Origin: an uncultured Pseudobdellovibrionaceae bacterium | Lineage (GTDB): Bacteria; Bdellovibrionota; FAC87; UBA2466 | Direction of reading: 5' to 3' | DNA length: 32,000 nucleotides | NCBI GenBank assembly: GCA_964396165.1 | Contig: CAYNEF010000009.1 | Location: forward strand, 52,354 to 84,353 | Shown here: piece by piece, positions 18,460 to 26,716 of the stretch | Layout of the letters: each line of letters opens with the position of its first letter | How positions within the stretch are numbered: position 1 is the first letter of the stretch | The notes under the pieces: model-generated | Databases searched by the model: none | What the model saw: the letters and a program-made list of their open reading frames with translations, nothing else | What the model was told of the DNA's origin: nothing | Made by a program: the position numbers and the translations under genes

Positions 18460-20820
18460 ATGAAAAATAGATTAATCAGAAAAATTTTCGCACTCGGCGT
18501 TATATCCTACAGCTGTTTTTTAGTTGCTGATCACAAGTTTGTGCAATTACCCGACTTGTTAAAGCCGGCGCCTTACTGTGATGGGAAGATTCGATTTGAT
18601 GTGGCAAAAGATAGTTTTGTGGAAATAGCAAATGAATTGCCAGGAGTCCAAGACTATAACGAGCTCGTAAAGTTCTATCAGAAAAAAGAATGGGCCAAAT
18701 TTAAAACGGCTTTAACTCAATACAAAAAAATATATGAAACTACTCCTCTCTTAGAAGCGGTGCAGTTTTTAGAAGTTCAAGCGATGTTTGAACAGATAGA
18801 TAGAACGGACTATAACGACTCCGCTGAGGCGGAAAAATTATTTAAACAAGTTGTTCTTCTCTATCCGAAGTCAGAACTTGTACCTGTTCTTTATGCTTCA
18901 GTCGCATCTCTTTGGCTTACTGATGGTCTTGTCCAAAAAGCGCTAGGCTACTTTGAGAAATTGAAAAAAGATTATCCCTTTCATCCACTCTATTGCTATT
19001 TTCAATTGGGCAGTGGAGAAGCTAGCTTTTTAATGCACGATTATGAAACGGCAAAAAGAGACTTAACCCAACTCATGCAAAAGTGTACAGAGCGAAAGTA
19101 TGCAGTAGGTGCGCAAACAAGGCTGAATGATATTGAGTTAAGAAAAAAAGGGGATGCGTACTTAAGTGAATACGAAAAACCTTTTTACTCAGATATTAAC
19201 TTGGTAAACAGATTTTACCCGCATGTTCTCTTCAACCTAGGGGAAGTAAAGTTTCACAAAAAAGAATACGAAAGCAGCAAACTGTTTTTTACCGAATTTG
19301 CCAAGTATGGGGGCAAAGATCCTGTCTGTGGACCGATGACATTAAAGCGGTTGGCTGACATTGCTTTACTGCAAAATGAAAATATTTCCATTGTCACAGG
19401 TAAGTACCTATCTGTAAGAGATCAGGCTCCGTTAACGGATATCGGAAGATATAGTTACGTTCATGCCATGCTCCTTGAATTCAGCGATGTGGGAGAAATT
19501 GAGCAAACAAGAAGAATAAAATTAATAGACGAAGAAATCGAAAAGATCTCTGCCTATGACTTGCGCTCTCTGTCTTTCTTGGAAAAAGGACTGGCTTTGC
19601 TTAGCGCCGGCCGATCTGAGGCACTGGATTACCTATTACATTTAGAAGATAGAACGAATTATGATTTAAAGAAGGGTCCATTGGCTGATTTTGTAAGAGA
19701 TGAAGTAGTGGCGTTCTTAGAGAGGGAAGCCAATGATAAAGTCGTCAAAACCAAGAGAATCGACACACTCGCAGATGATTCTATCTTACAGCCATATGAA
19801 AAAGTTTATGAACAATGGCTAAAAGGCACAAAATACGAAGAAAGATCCAAAAACTTTTACGAGAAGATTGTTCTGCAAAGATTTGATAAGTCCCTTCAGA
19901 AAAAAAATGGACTTGCGGCAGTTGCGAAACTTGCCAGATGGAAAAAATCAAACCTTTGGAGTCCTAAAAAGCTTACAAAAAGCACAAAGAAAAAAATCGG
20001 TGATTCCCTGGCCTTATACATGAAGGGATTAAGCGAGGAAGACTTAAGGGAACTCTCAGGAAATCTGAAAAGGTATCGTCCAGAACTGGAAGTCGTGTTA
20101 AATCCAGAATACCACATGCTTCTGGTTGCACTGGATCTTCCAAATGTGAATAAAGAAGAGATTCAGAACCACTACAAAGAGATGCAAAAGAATAGATCTC
20201 TAGCCTCCTTTAATAATGACATAGATAAAAAGGCTGTAAGCTACCTCTATAGAGTCAAAGGGCAAATGTTTATGGCGATGGAAAAGTACCCCAGTGCAGA
20301 AGAAAGCCTTTTAAAGGCGGTAAATGATAAAGAACAAAAAATTACTGTGGAAAAAGAACTCGTGACTCTTTATGAAAAGAGTAAGCAATATAAAAAGCTT
20401 TATAAATACAGCTTGGATGTTTTTGACTCTAAACCAACGGATGAATCCATTCGTTATCTGGAAACTGCAAAGTCTGCGATAAATATTGGAAAACTTTGGG
20501 AAGAGCCGAAAGCAGTTTTGAAACGTGCCGAAAAATTAGGCCTGACGGATAAAGATATCACTCCGTACAAATTGCTTCAGGCTAGAGGCAGTTTTGAAAC
20601 TGGCAAATGTAAAGTCGCAATTGAAATCTACGAAAATTTAATGAAGGAAGAACTACCAGCTGAAGAGATTCCAGGATCAAAGTTCCGTCTAGCTAAATGT
20701 CTCACTTCTACCAAGCAGACACCAAAAGCACTGAAGCTTTTTGAAGAGGTCATCGCTTTAAATGATTCATTCTGGAGTCCTCTTGCGAGCACAGAAAAAA
20801 ACCTATTGGAGATTAAATGA
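18460..20820 (+). CDS. Large exported TPR-like repeat protein, linked to the flagellar cluster
   Basis: ORF 18436..20820 with signal/TM MKNRLIRKIFALGVISYSCFLVADH. It has many TPR-like helical pairs (LVQKALGYFEKLKKDYPFHPLYCYFQLG, EIYENLMKEELPAEEIPGSKFRLAKCLTSTKQTPKALKLFEEV). Confidence 0.75.
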   Translation: MKNRLIRKIFALGVISYSCFLVADHKFVQLPDLLKPAPYCDGKIRFDVAKDSFVEIANELPGVQDYNELVKFYQKKEWAKFKTALTQYKKIYETTPLLEAVQFLEVQAMFEQIDRTDYNDSAEAEKLFKQVVLLYPKSELVPVLYASVASLWLTDGLVQKALGYFEKLKKDYPFHPLYCYFQLGSGEASFLMHDYETAKRDLTQLMQKCTERKYAVGAQTRLNDIELRKKGDAYLSEYEKPFYSDINLVNRFYPHVLFNLGEVKFHKKEYESSKLFFTEFAKYGGKDPVCGPMTLKRLADIALLQNENISIVTGKYLSVRDQAPLTDIGRYSYVHAMLLEFSDVGEIEQTRRIKLIDEEIEKISAYDLRSLSFLEKGLALLSAGRSEALDYLLHLEDRTNYDLKKGPLADFVRDEVVAFLEREANDKVVKTKRIDTLADDSILQPYEKVYEQWLKGTKYEERSKNFYEKIVLQRFDKSLQKKNGLAAVAKLARWKKSNLWSPKKLTKSTKKKIGDSLALYMKGLSEEDLRELSGNLKRYRPELEVVLNPEYHMLLVALDLPNVNKEEIQNHYKEMQKNRSLASFNNDIDKKAVSYLYRVKGQMFMAMEKYPSAEESLLKAVNDKEQKITVEKELVTLYEKSKQYKKLYKYSLDVFDSKPTDESIRYLETAKSAINIGKLWEEPKAVLKRAEKLGLTDKDITPYKLLQARGSFETGKCKVAIEIYENLMKEELPAEEIPGSKFRLAKCLTSTKQTPKALKLFEEVIALNDSFWSPLASTEKNLLEIK

Positions 20821-21761
20821 CAAATTTGTATTTTCAAAACAGGCTTTTAGTAGTTGCTGACGAGAGCATGCAAAAGACCCTGAATCTTGCCCTAAAAGCT
20901 GCGCAAAGCGCGCTGCCTGTTTTGATTTCGGGTGAAAGTGGAACGGGGAAAGAACTGATAGCACGTTTCATCCACGAAAAAGGCGCCCGCTCTGGTGGTC
21001 CATTTGTTTCGGTGAACTGTGCGGCCCTGCCTGAAACGCTAATTGAGTCAGAACTTTTTGGATATGAACGAGGCGCTTTCACTGGTGCTATAGGACAACG
21101 AATTGGTAAGTTTGAACGTGCAAATGGTGGAACATTGTTAATGGATGAAGTCAGCGAAATGCCCTATGGACTTCAAGCAAAGCTTTTGCGCGTTTTGCAA
21201 GAAGGCGAGATAGACAGACTAGGCTCGCGCGACACAATAGGAATAGATTGTAGAATTATAGCCACTACAAATCGCGATCCCATTCAGATGATTGTGGAAG
21301 AGAGATTTAGAGAAGATTTGTACTATCGGTTGAATGTGATACGTATTGAATGCGTTCCGTTAAGAAAAAGGCCTATTGCCATTATTAAGCTAGCCCACGA
21401 ATTTATCAAGCAAGCGTGTTTAAGAGACAGAAAAGACGAAGTTTACTTGTCCGAACAGTCCATTAAAAAATTGGTGGAATATGATTGGCCAGGCAATATC
21501 CGGGAGCTTCAGAATGTAATGGAGCGAGCGATTTTACTTACAGATGGCAATTTAATCGAACAGGATAACCTGCAATTCATGGATCAGTTAAGAAGAAGAC
21601 CAGAGGCAGTCGAGTCGTCTCTTCTCTCAGACTTAGAACAGACACATATTTTGAAAGTTCTCGAAATGAGTCAGGGAAACAGATCCAATGCGGCAAAAAC
21701 TTTAGGAATTAGCGTGCGAACTTTACGTAATAAACTAAAAGAATATAGCGCGGCAGGTTAG
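20817..21761 (+). CDS. Sigma54-dependent transcriptional activator lacking a receiver domain
   Basis: 314 aa with AAA+ motifs near the N terminus (ISGESGTGKELIARFIHEKG, RGAFTGAIGQRIGKFE, GTLLMDEVSEMP, WPGNIRELQNVMERA) and a Fis-type HTH (NRSNAAKTLGISVRTLRNKL). There are only about 35 aa before Walker A. Confidence 0.93.
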   Translation: MTNLYFQNRLLVVADESMQKTLNLALKAAQSALPVLISGESGTGKELIARFIHEKGARSGGPFVSVNCAALPETLIESELFGYERGAFTGAIGQRIGKFERANGGTLLMDEVSEMPYGLQAKLLRVLQEGEIDRLGSRDTIGIDCRIIATTNRDPIQMIVEERFREDLYYRLNVIRIECVPLRKRPIAIIKLAHEFIKQACLRDRKDEVYLSEQSIKKLVEYDWPGNIRELQNVMERAILLTDGNLIEQDNLQFMDQLRRRPEAVESSLLSDLEQTHILKVLEMSQGNRSNAAKTLGISVRTLRNKLKEYSAAG

Positions 21762-21834
21762 GAATAATTTTCCCCTAACAAGCAAAAGTTTCCCTTTTCC
21801 TGCTTGTTAGTGTGAATTTTAGTCTTGTGAGATC

Positions 21835-21850
21835 TGGCCCGCGGTTTGCA
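21835..21850 (+). promoter_or_regulatory. Sigma54 (RpoN) promoter of the flagellar operon
   Basis: TGGCCCGCGGTTTGCA against consensus TGGCACGNNNNTTGCW has a single mismatch and exact GG/GC spacing, 39 bp upstream of the flgB start and directly downstream of an enhancer-binding-protein gene. Confidence 0.85.
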
Positions 21851-21888
21851 CTTATATTTACCAAGTCGTCTCTTATATAAATACCCTT

Positions 21889-22266
21889 ATGCCTTTATTT
21901 GATAAAACAATAGATACTTTGTCTCGATCTCTGGATCTGCATTTGATGAGACATTCCGTAATTTCTGACAATATTGCAAATGCGGAAACCCCGGGTTTTA
22001 AAGCTAAGCGCTTGGACTTTGAAACGGCTTTGCAAAATGCGGTCGAAGCCAGTGAGTCTAATCCAGAAAGCCGCAGCATCGCTTCGGTGAATCCAGTAAT
22101 CTACGAAGATTTCCAGGCTGAAACTGGTCAGGATTTAAACGGTGTAGACATGGATAGAGAAATGTCAGCTCTAACTAAAAATGACATCCAGTATTCTGCG
22201 GCTACACAGGCGATTTCAAAAAAGTTTTCTTTATTAAAGTATGCAATCGGTAGTGAGGAAAGGTAG
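21889..22266 (+). CDS. flgB: Flagellar basal-body rod protein FlgB
   Basis: MPLFDKTIDTLSRSLDLHLMRHSVISDNIANAETPGFKAKRLDFETAL...YSAATQAISKKFSLLKYAI. Confidence 0.95.
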   Translation: MPLFDKTIDTLSRSLDLHLMRHSVISDNIANAETPGFKAKRLDFETALQNAVEASESNPESRSIASVNPVIYEDFQAETGQDLNGVDMDREMSALTKNDIQYSAATQAISKKFSLLKYAIGSEER

Positions 22267-22277
22267 GCAATTAATTT

Positions 22278-22721
22278 ATGGCTGATTTCTTTTCTAGTCT
22301 TGATGTAAGTGCCTCAGCACTTAGTGCCGAACGTCAACGAATGAATGTGACCTCAAGTAATTTGGCAAATGCCCAAACTACGAGAACTCCTGAAGGAGGT
22401 CCCTACAGACGTAAAGACGTTATTTTCGAATCTCAGCCACAGAGATCCTTTGCCTCAGTATTGGATGGTGAATTAAACGACGTTCCATCTCACCAGGTAA
22501 AAGTGGTGGATGTTGTAAGTGATACGAATGCGCCGAAGATGGTGTACCAACCGGATCACCCGGATGCAAATGCGGAAGGGATGGTTGCATATCCCAATAT
22601 CAACTCGATGGAAGAAATGGTGAATTTAATCACCGCTTCCAGAACGTACGAGTCGAACGTGACCGCAATTAACGTGACAAAAAATATGATGAATAAAGCT
22701 TTGGAAATAGGGAGGAAATAG
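22278..22721 (+). CDS. flgC: Flagellar basal-body rod protein FlgC
   Basis: SLDVSASALSAERQRMNVTSSNLANAQTTRTPEGGPYRRKDVIFE...GMVAYPNINSMEEMVNLITASRTYESNVTAINVTKNM. Confidence 0.96.
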   Translation: MADFFSSLDVSASALSAERQRMNVTSSNLANAQTTRTPEGGPYRRKDVIFESQPQRSFASVLDGELNDVPSHQVKVVDVVSDTNAPKMVYQPDHPDANAEGMVAYPNINSMEEMVNLITASRTYESNVTAINVTKNMMNKALEIGRK

Positions 22722-22724
22722 TAA

Positions 22725-23027
22725 ATGAAAATTGATTCCATAGATTTACTCCAAAAGATAAATCCCAGTCCTACGATGGACGGTGCGGATAAACAGGTTA
22801 GTGGAGGTGAAAGTTTTTCCTCTTATCTGGGCAGATCCATTAACGACGTAAATGATTTGTTAAAGGCGTCTGATTCTGTCACCAATGATTTGGCAACGGG
22901 AAAAGTAGAAAATTTACATGATGCGATGATCGGTTTTGAAAAAGCCGAAACAGCTTTTAAGCTCCTCGTGCAAGTAAGAAATAAAGCACTAGAGGCTTAC
23001 CACGAAGTCATGCGTATGCAAGTGTGA
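22725..23027 (+). CDS. fliE: Flagellar hook-basal body protein FliE
   Basis: SFSSYLGRSINDVNDLLKASDSVTNDLATGKVENLHDAMIGFEKAETAFKLLVQVRNKALEAYHEVMRMQV. Confidence 0.93.
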   Translation: MKIDSIDLLQKINPSPTMDGADKQVSGGESFSSYLGRSINDVNDLLKASDSVTNDLATGKVENLHDAMIGFEKAETAFKLLVQVRNKALEAYHEVMRMQV

Positions 23028-23101
23028 TAACACATAAATAACTTCTGAATAAAATCGGTTAAACAAGAACAACAAATAATTGCGATTAAGAATTTAATAG
23101 C

Positions 23102-23192
23102 AATTAAAAGGTGGGGATTCCAGGCGGAGTAGTTAATGCGACTGGGGTTCGGAGCACTTAACTACTCCGCCTGGAATCTCCGCCTTTTAATT
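23102..23192 (+). repeat. Near-perfect 35-bp inverted repeat with 21-nt loop (long hairpin 'B')
   Basis: Left arm 23102-23136 is AATTAAAAGGTGGGGATTCCAGGCGGAGTAGTTAA. Loop 23137-23157 is TGCGACTGGGGTTCGGAGCAC. Right arm 23158-23192 is TTAACTACTCCGCCTGGAATCTCCGCCTTTTAATT. There are 33 Watson-Crick and 2 G.U pairs on the + strand. Confidence 0.97.
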
Positions 23193-23221
23193 CTCAATAT
23201 TAACTCGAAAGGGTTTTGACT

Positions 23222-24985
23222 ATGAATGACAAGTTAAGCCAGTACTGGCGAGATCTTAAAGATTATCTCGCTAAGTTTTCCTATAGGAAGAAAGTCCTTA
23301 TGGGATCCTTGGCTGGTCTTGTCGTGGTTGCGGGTATCGCACTCGTCGTAGCCTTGCAACACGATCCCCAACAAGTCCTTTATTCGGGTTTACAAAACGA
23401 AGATGCTAAAGCAGTAGCAAAAAAACTAGGCGAATTAAATATTCCCTACACGATTACCGAAGATCACTCCACCATTTCTGTTCCTGCGAGCCAAGTACAC
23501 CGTTCCCGTATGGAATTGGCTAAAGACGGATTGCCAGGTCAGGATGTAGTGGGGTTTGAAAAATTCGATGGCTCTACTCTAGGGATGTCGAGCTATGTGC
23601 AACGCATTCAGTACGTCCGCGCCGTACAAGGGGAATTAACTAGAAGTATTCAGCGTATCAGTGCAGTTAAAACAGCCCGAGTACACATCAGCGTACCACC
23701 TAAGAAAAATTTCATGGAAGAAGAAGATCCGCCAAAGGCTTCTGTGATATTGGAACTGAAACCCGGACAAACATTGGCAAAATCAGAGACAACCGGGATC
23801 GCGCATTTGGTTGCAAGTGCAGTAGAAGGATTAAAAGTAAATCAGATTACGATTGTCGATACCAAAGGAAATTTTTTACACCGTCCTGAAGACGGTTCGT
23901 CTCAAGCGGCATTAACAGGAGCTCTTCTAGAGCAACAACGCGGGCTGGAAAAAGAGTACGAAAGAAGCATTGAAGATATATTGTCTCCGGTTGTAGGTTT
24001 TGGAAAAGTACGCGCTAAAGTAACCGTAGAAATAGATCCCTCCAGAAGCAATACCACGGAAGAAACATTTGAAGGAGACAAAGCTGTTCCCAGAAGCGTT
24101 GTGAAGAACGACGAACAGGTTGTCGGCCAAAGACCCAATCCTATCGGAATTCCTGGTAGCAGGTCTAATTTGCCGGGTACGGAAGTCAATAATCCCGGCA
24201 TACCGATGGCTACTAACAATAGTGAAAAGAATACCAGTACGACTAATTTCGCTATCCCCAGAAAAGTACAAGTCACAGACAAACCGTCCGGCAGTATCAA
24301 GCGTTTAACTGTTGCTGTAGTGGTTGATGGACATTATGCCAAAGCACAAGGCGCAGATAAAGAAACGTTTACTCCACGTAGCGAAGAAGAATTAAAACGA
24401 TTGCAGGACTTAGTAGCAAATGCAGTTGGTTACGATACCCAGAGACGTGACAGTATTACTGTCAGCTCATTGCCCTTCCAGATACCAGAAGTCATACCTG
24501 AAGAAGAAGTTCCAAAAAGTCCGTGGGATCTCAAAGAACTCCAGAAACACGGCGTAAGAAATGGATTTATCGCAATCACTATTCTTCTCTTCTTCTTCCT
24601 TGTCTTGCGTCCATTCTTGAAATGGCTCACGCAGACAGAAATCAGAAAAACAGTTAGCGTTGTACCCGATGCTCTTCCACGCAAAGTAACTGAAGTGGAA
24701 CAATTGGTACAGGCTGAAAAAATAGCGGACAAGATGGAGTCCGAAAGAAAGATAAGCGAGCTCACGAAAGCACATGAGCAAGCACAGAGTGAACTTATGG
24801 CATTAACCAAAGCAAATGAAGAGGCACTGCTTTCTGAAAATCCGGAAAAAGTAGAAGGCGAAAAACTGAAGAATAAGATTATTGAGCTCATCAATAATTC
24901 ACCCAAAAAGGGTTTCCGGGTCATTCAAGATTGGCTGGATCAAGAAGACACCGTGCCACTACCTCAAACAGGAGAGGGTTCGTAA
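23222..24985 (+). CDS. fliF: Flagellar M-ring protein FliF
   Basis: FSYRKKVLMGSLAGLVVVAGIALVVAL, the PGLPGTEVNNPGI-like linker, SIKRLTVAVVVDG and a C-terminal GFRVIQDWLDQ (FliG-binding). Start chosen at the ATG at 23222; the track gives 23216. Confidence 0.95.
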   Translation: MNDKLSQYWRDLKDYLAKFSYRKKVLMGSLAGLVVVAGIALVVALQHDPQQVLYSGLQNEDAKAVAKKLGELNIPYTITEDHSTISVPASQVHRSRMELAKDGLPGQDVVGFEKFDGSTLGMSSYVQRIQYVRAVQGELTRSIQRISAVKTARVHISVPPKKNFMEEEDPPKASVILELKPGQTLAKSETTGIAHLVASAVEGLKVNQITIVDTKGNFLHRPEDGSSQAALTGALLEQQRGLEKEYERSIEDILSPVVGFGKVRAKVTVEIDPSRSNTTEETFEGDKAVPRSVVKNDEQVVGQRPNPIGIPGSRSNLPGTEVNNPGIPMATNNSEKNTSTTNFAIPRKVQVTDKPSGSIKRLTVAVVVDGHYAKAQGADKETFTPRSEEELKRLQDLVANAVGYDTQRRDSITVSSLPFQIPEVIPEEEVPKSPWDLKELQKHGVRNGFIAITILLFFFLVLRPFLKWLTQTEIRKTVSVVPDALPRKVTEVEQLVQAEKIADKMESERKISELTKAHEQAQSELMALTKANEEALLSENPEKVEGEKLKNKIIELINNSPKKGFRVIQDWLDQEDTVPLPQTGEGS

Positions 24986-26005
24986 ATGGATAATAAAAAA
25001 ATGGTTCTCTCCGGCATGGAGAAAATTGCAATCTTGATGAATGTGATTGGCAAAGACAAGAGCATGGAAATCTTGAAAGAGATGAAGGACATTGAAGTCC
25101 GTCGTTTACTCGGGGTAATGAACAGTATGAAAAAAGCCCCGATGACACTGATCAACAGTGTTCTCAGGGAGTATCTGGACAAGATATCGGAAAAAGACGA
25201 AATAATTTTCGAAGAAAATCTGACCGAACCTGAATTAATCACCAAGGCACTTGGCGAATCCCGTGCGAAACATATTTTCGGTTCTTCTAAAACGATCAAC
25301 TTGATCGAACGCAGAAACTTAACGGTTCTCGACTCTGTAGATCCAAAAACGCTCGCAGAATTCCTGGTAGAAGAACACCCACAAACGATCGCGCTTGTAG
25401 TGGCGCATATGGAAGTGGAAAAACAAATCGCGATGATTAAAAACTTCCCCGACTCGCTTCGTCCAGAAATTGTCTTAAGAATGGCAAGTCTCGATTATGT
25501 CGCGCCTGATAAGGTCGAAGAGCTGGATGAAGTGTTGAAAAGAGAATTGTTGGGTAAAGGTGTAAAAGGCAAGAGCAACATGGGTGGTGTGCCCGTCGTG
25601 GCTGAACTTATCAACATGCTCGATAAAAAGACCATGAACAGTCTGATGACCCGACTGGAAGATAAAGATCCCATTTTGGCTGAAGAAATCAGACAACATA
25701 TCTTCTCATTCACTGACATTATCAAGATTGATAATAGAGGCATCCAGTTAATCTTGAGAGAAGTACCGAACGAGAAGTTGCTGCTGGCACTAAAGAGTGC
25801 TCCCGAAGAACTCTGCGAAAAAATATTCGCAGCGATGTCGGAACGTGCGGCAACCATGTTGAAAGATGACTTAGGAGCAATGGGTGCACAAAAAATCTCG
25901 GATGTGGAAAAAGCACAGAGAGATATTTGCGCTCTTGTACAGCGCTTAGAAACGGAAGGTAAAATTGTCATCGGCATTGGAGCAGAATCAGACATGGTCG
26001 CCTGA
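24986..26005 (+). CDS. fliG: Flagellar motor switch protein FliG
   Basis: LSGMEKIAILMNVIGKDKSMEILKEM, EEHPQTIALVVAHM, VVAELINMLDKKTMNSLMTRLEDKDPILAEEIRQHIFSFTDI and AMGAQKISDVEKAQRDICALVQRLE. Confidence 0.96.
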   Translation: MDNKKMVLSGMEKIAILMNVIGKDKSMEILKEMKDIEVRRLLGVMNSMKKAPMTLINSVLREYLDKISEKDEIIFEENLTEPELITKALGESRAKHIFGSSKTINLIERRNLTVLDSVDPKTLAEFLVEEHPQTIALVVAHMEVEKQIAMIKNFPDSLRPEIVLRMASLDYVAPDKVEELDEVLKRELLGKGVKGKSNMGGVPVVAELINMLDKKTMNSLMTRLEDKDPILAEEIRQHIFSFTDIIKIDNRGIQLILREVPNEKLLLALKSAPEELCEKIFAAMSERAATMLKDDLGAMGAQKISDVEKAQRDICALVQRLETEGKIVIGIGAESDMVA

Positions 26006-26714
26006 GGAGTTTGAACCGCTAGTTCCTCCTACAGTACGCTTAGAGGAAGTAAAATTCCCTGAGCCACCTGAGAAGGATTTAGAAAGTTCATTCTCGCTCC
26101 CGGCTGCCTTTTGGGAAGATCTATGGAAGGACCCTGTCCTTTCCGTGGAATTTGAAAAGTATATTGCCGATCGTGTGCACCAGCAGGTCAAAACAACGCT
26201 GGATAGCGAGAGAGAAAAATCCTACGCGCTTGGATTCCAAGAAGGCAAGACGGCTGGTTTTGAAGTGGGAAAACAAGAGGGGCTTGAAGCTGGTTATCAA
26301 GAAGTTAGAGCGGCGCAACCACTATTACAAAATATCGTTCAAGAAATAATTTCTGAAAAGGAAAGCTTGATAAGAGAGCATGAAAAGGAATGGGCTCAGG
26401 CGCTTGTGCACACAATACAAAAACTCCAGGTAAAAGAACCTGAATTATTCTCTAATGGAATAAAAAAATGGGTCAGCGATAGATTAATAGATTTTCCAAG
26501 TTATACAAAGCTCAGAATTTTCGTCTCAAAAGTGGATTATGAACGGATTGATTTGATTATAAAAAAAGAAGATGTCCAAAATTGCGAAATCATCGTTGAT
26601 ATTGGGCTCGAAAAGGGCCAGATCCGCTGTGATTGCGGTGAAGGGGGCGTTTTCTTCTCAAAATCAAATGGCTTTAAGATGTTGGACACTTACTTAGAGG
26701 AAAATTTTAATTAA
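25965..26714 (+). CDS. fliH: Flagellar assembly protein FliH
   Basis: Position between fliG and fliI. It has acidic/coiled N-terminal and middle regions (YALGFQEGKTAGFEVGKQEGLEAGYQE) and IVDIGLEKGQIRCDCGEGGVFFS. The start codon is uncertain, with predicted overlap with fliG. Confidence 0.82.
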   Translation: MSSALEQNQTWSPEEFEPLVPPTVRLEEVKFPEPPEKDLESSFSLPAAFWEDLWKDPVLSVEFEKYIADRVHQQVKTTLDSEREKSYALGFQEGKTAGFEVGKQEGLEAGYQEVRAAQPLLQNIVQEIISEKESLIREHEKEWAQALVHTIQKLQVKEPELFSNGIKKWVSDRLIDFPSYTKLRIFVSKVDYERIDLIIKKEDVQNCEIIVDIGLEKGQIRCDCGEGGVFFSKSNGFKMLDTYLEENFN

Positions 26715-26716
26715 AC

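Noticed and set aside
23137-23157. tRNA T-arm-like GGGGTTCGGAGC in the loop of hairpin B
   Set aside because: No acceptor, D or anticodon arms or CCA context. The similarity is too short to support a tRNA or tRNA fragment.
23102-23192. Integron attC site
   Set aside because: Folded-strand architecture is suggestive, but convincing GTTRRRY / RYYYAAC core boxes, extrahelical-base pattern, integrase and cassette array are absent.
24430-24924. Numerous antisense ORFs in the track (this one, 27079..27618, 25495..25995, 316..939 and others)
   Set aside because: They lie antisense to strongly identified conserved genes, show biased composition and have no independent motifs. They are typical shadow ORFs.
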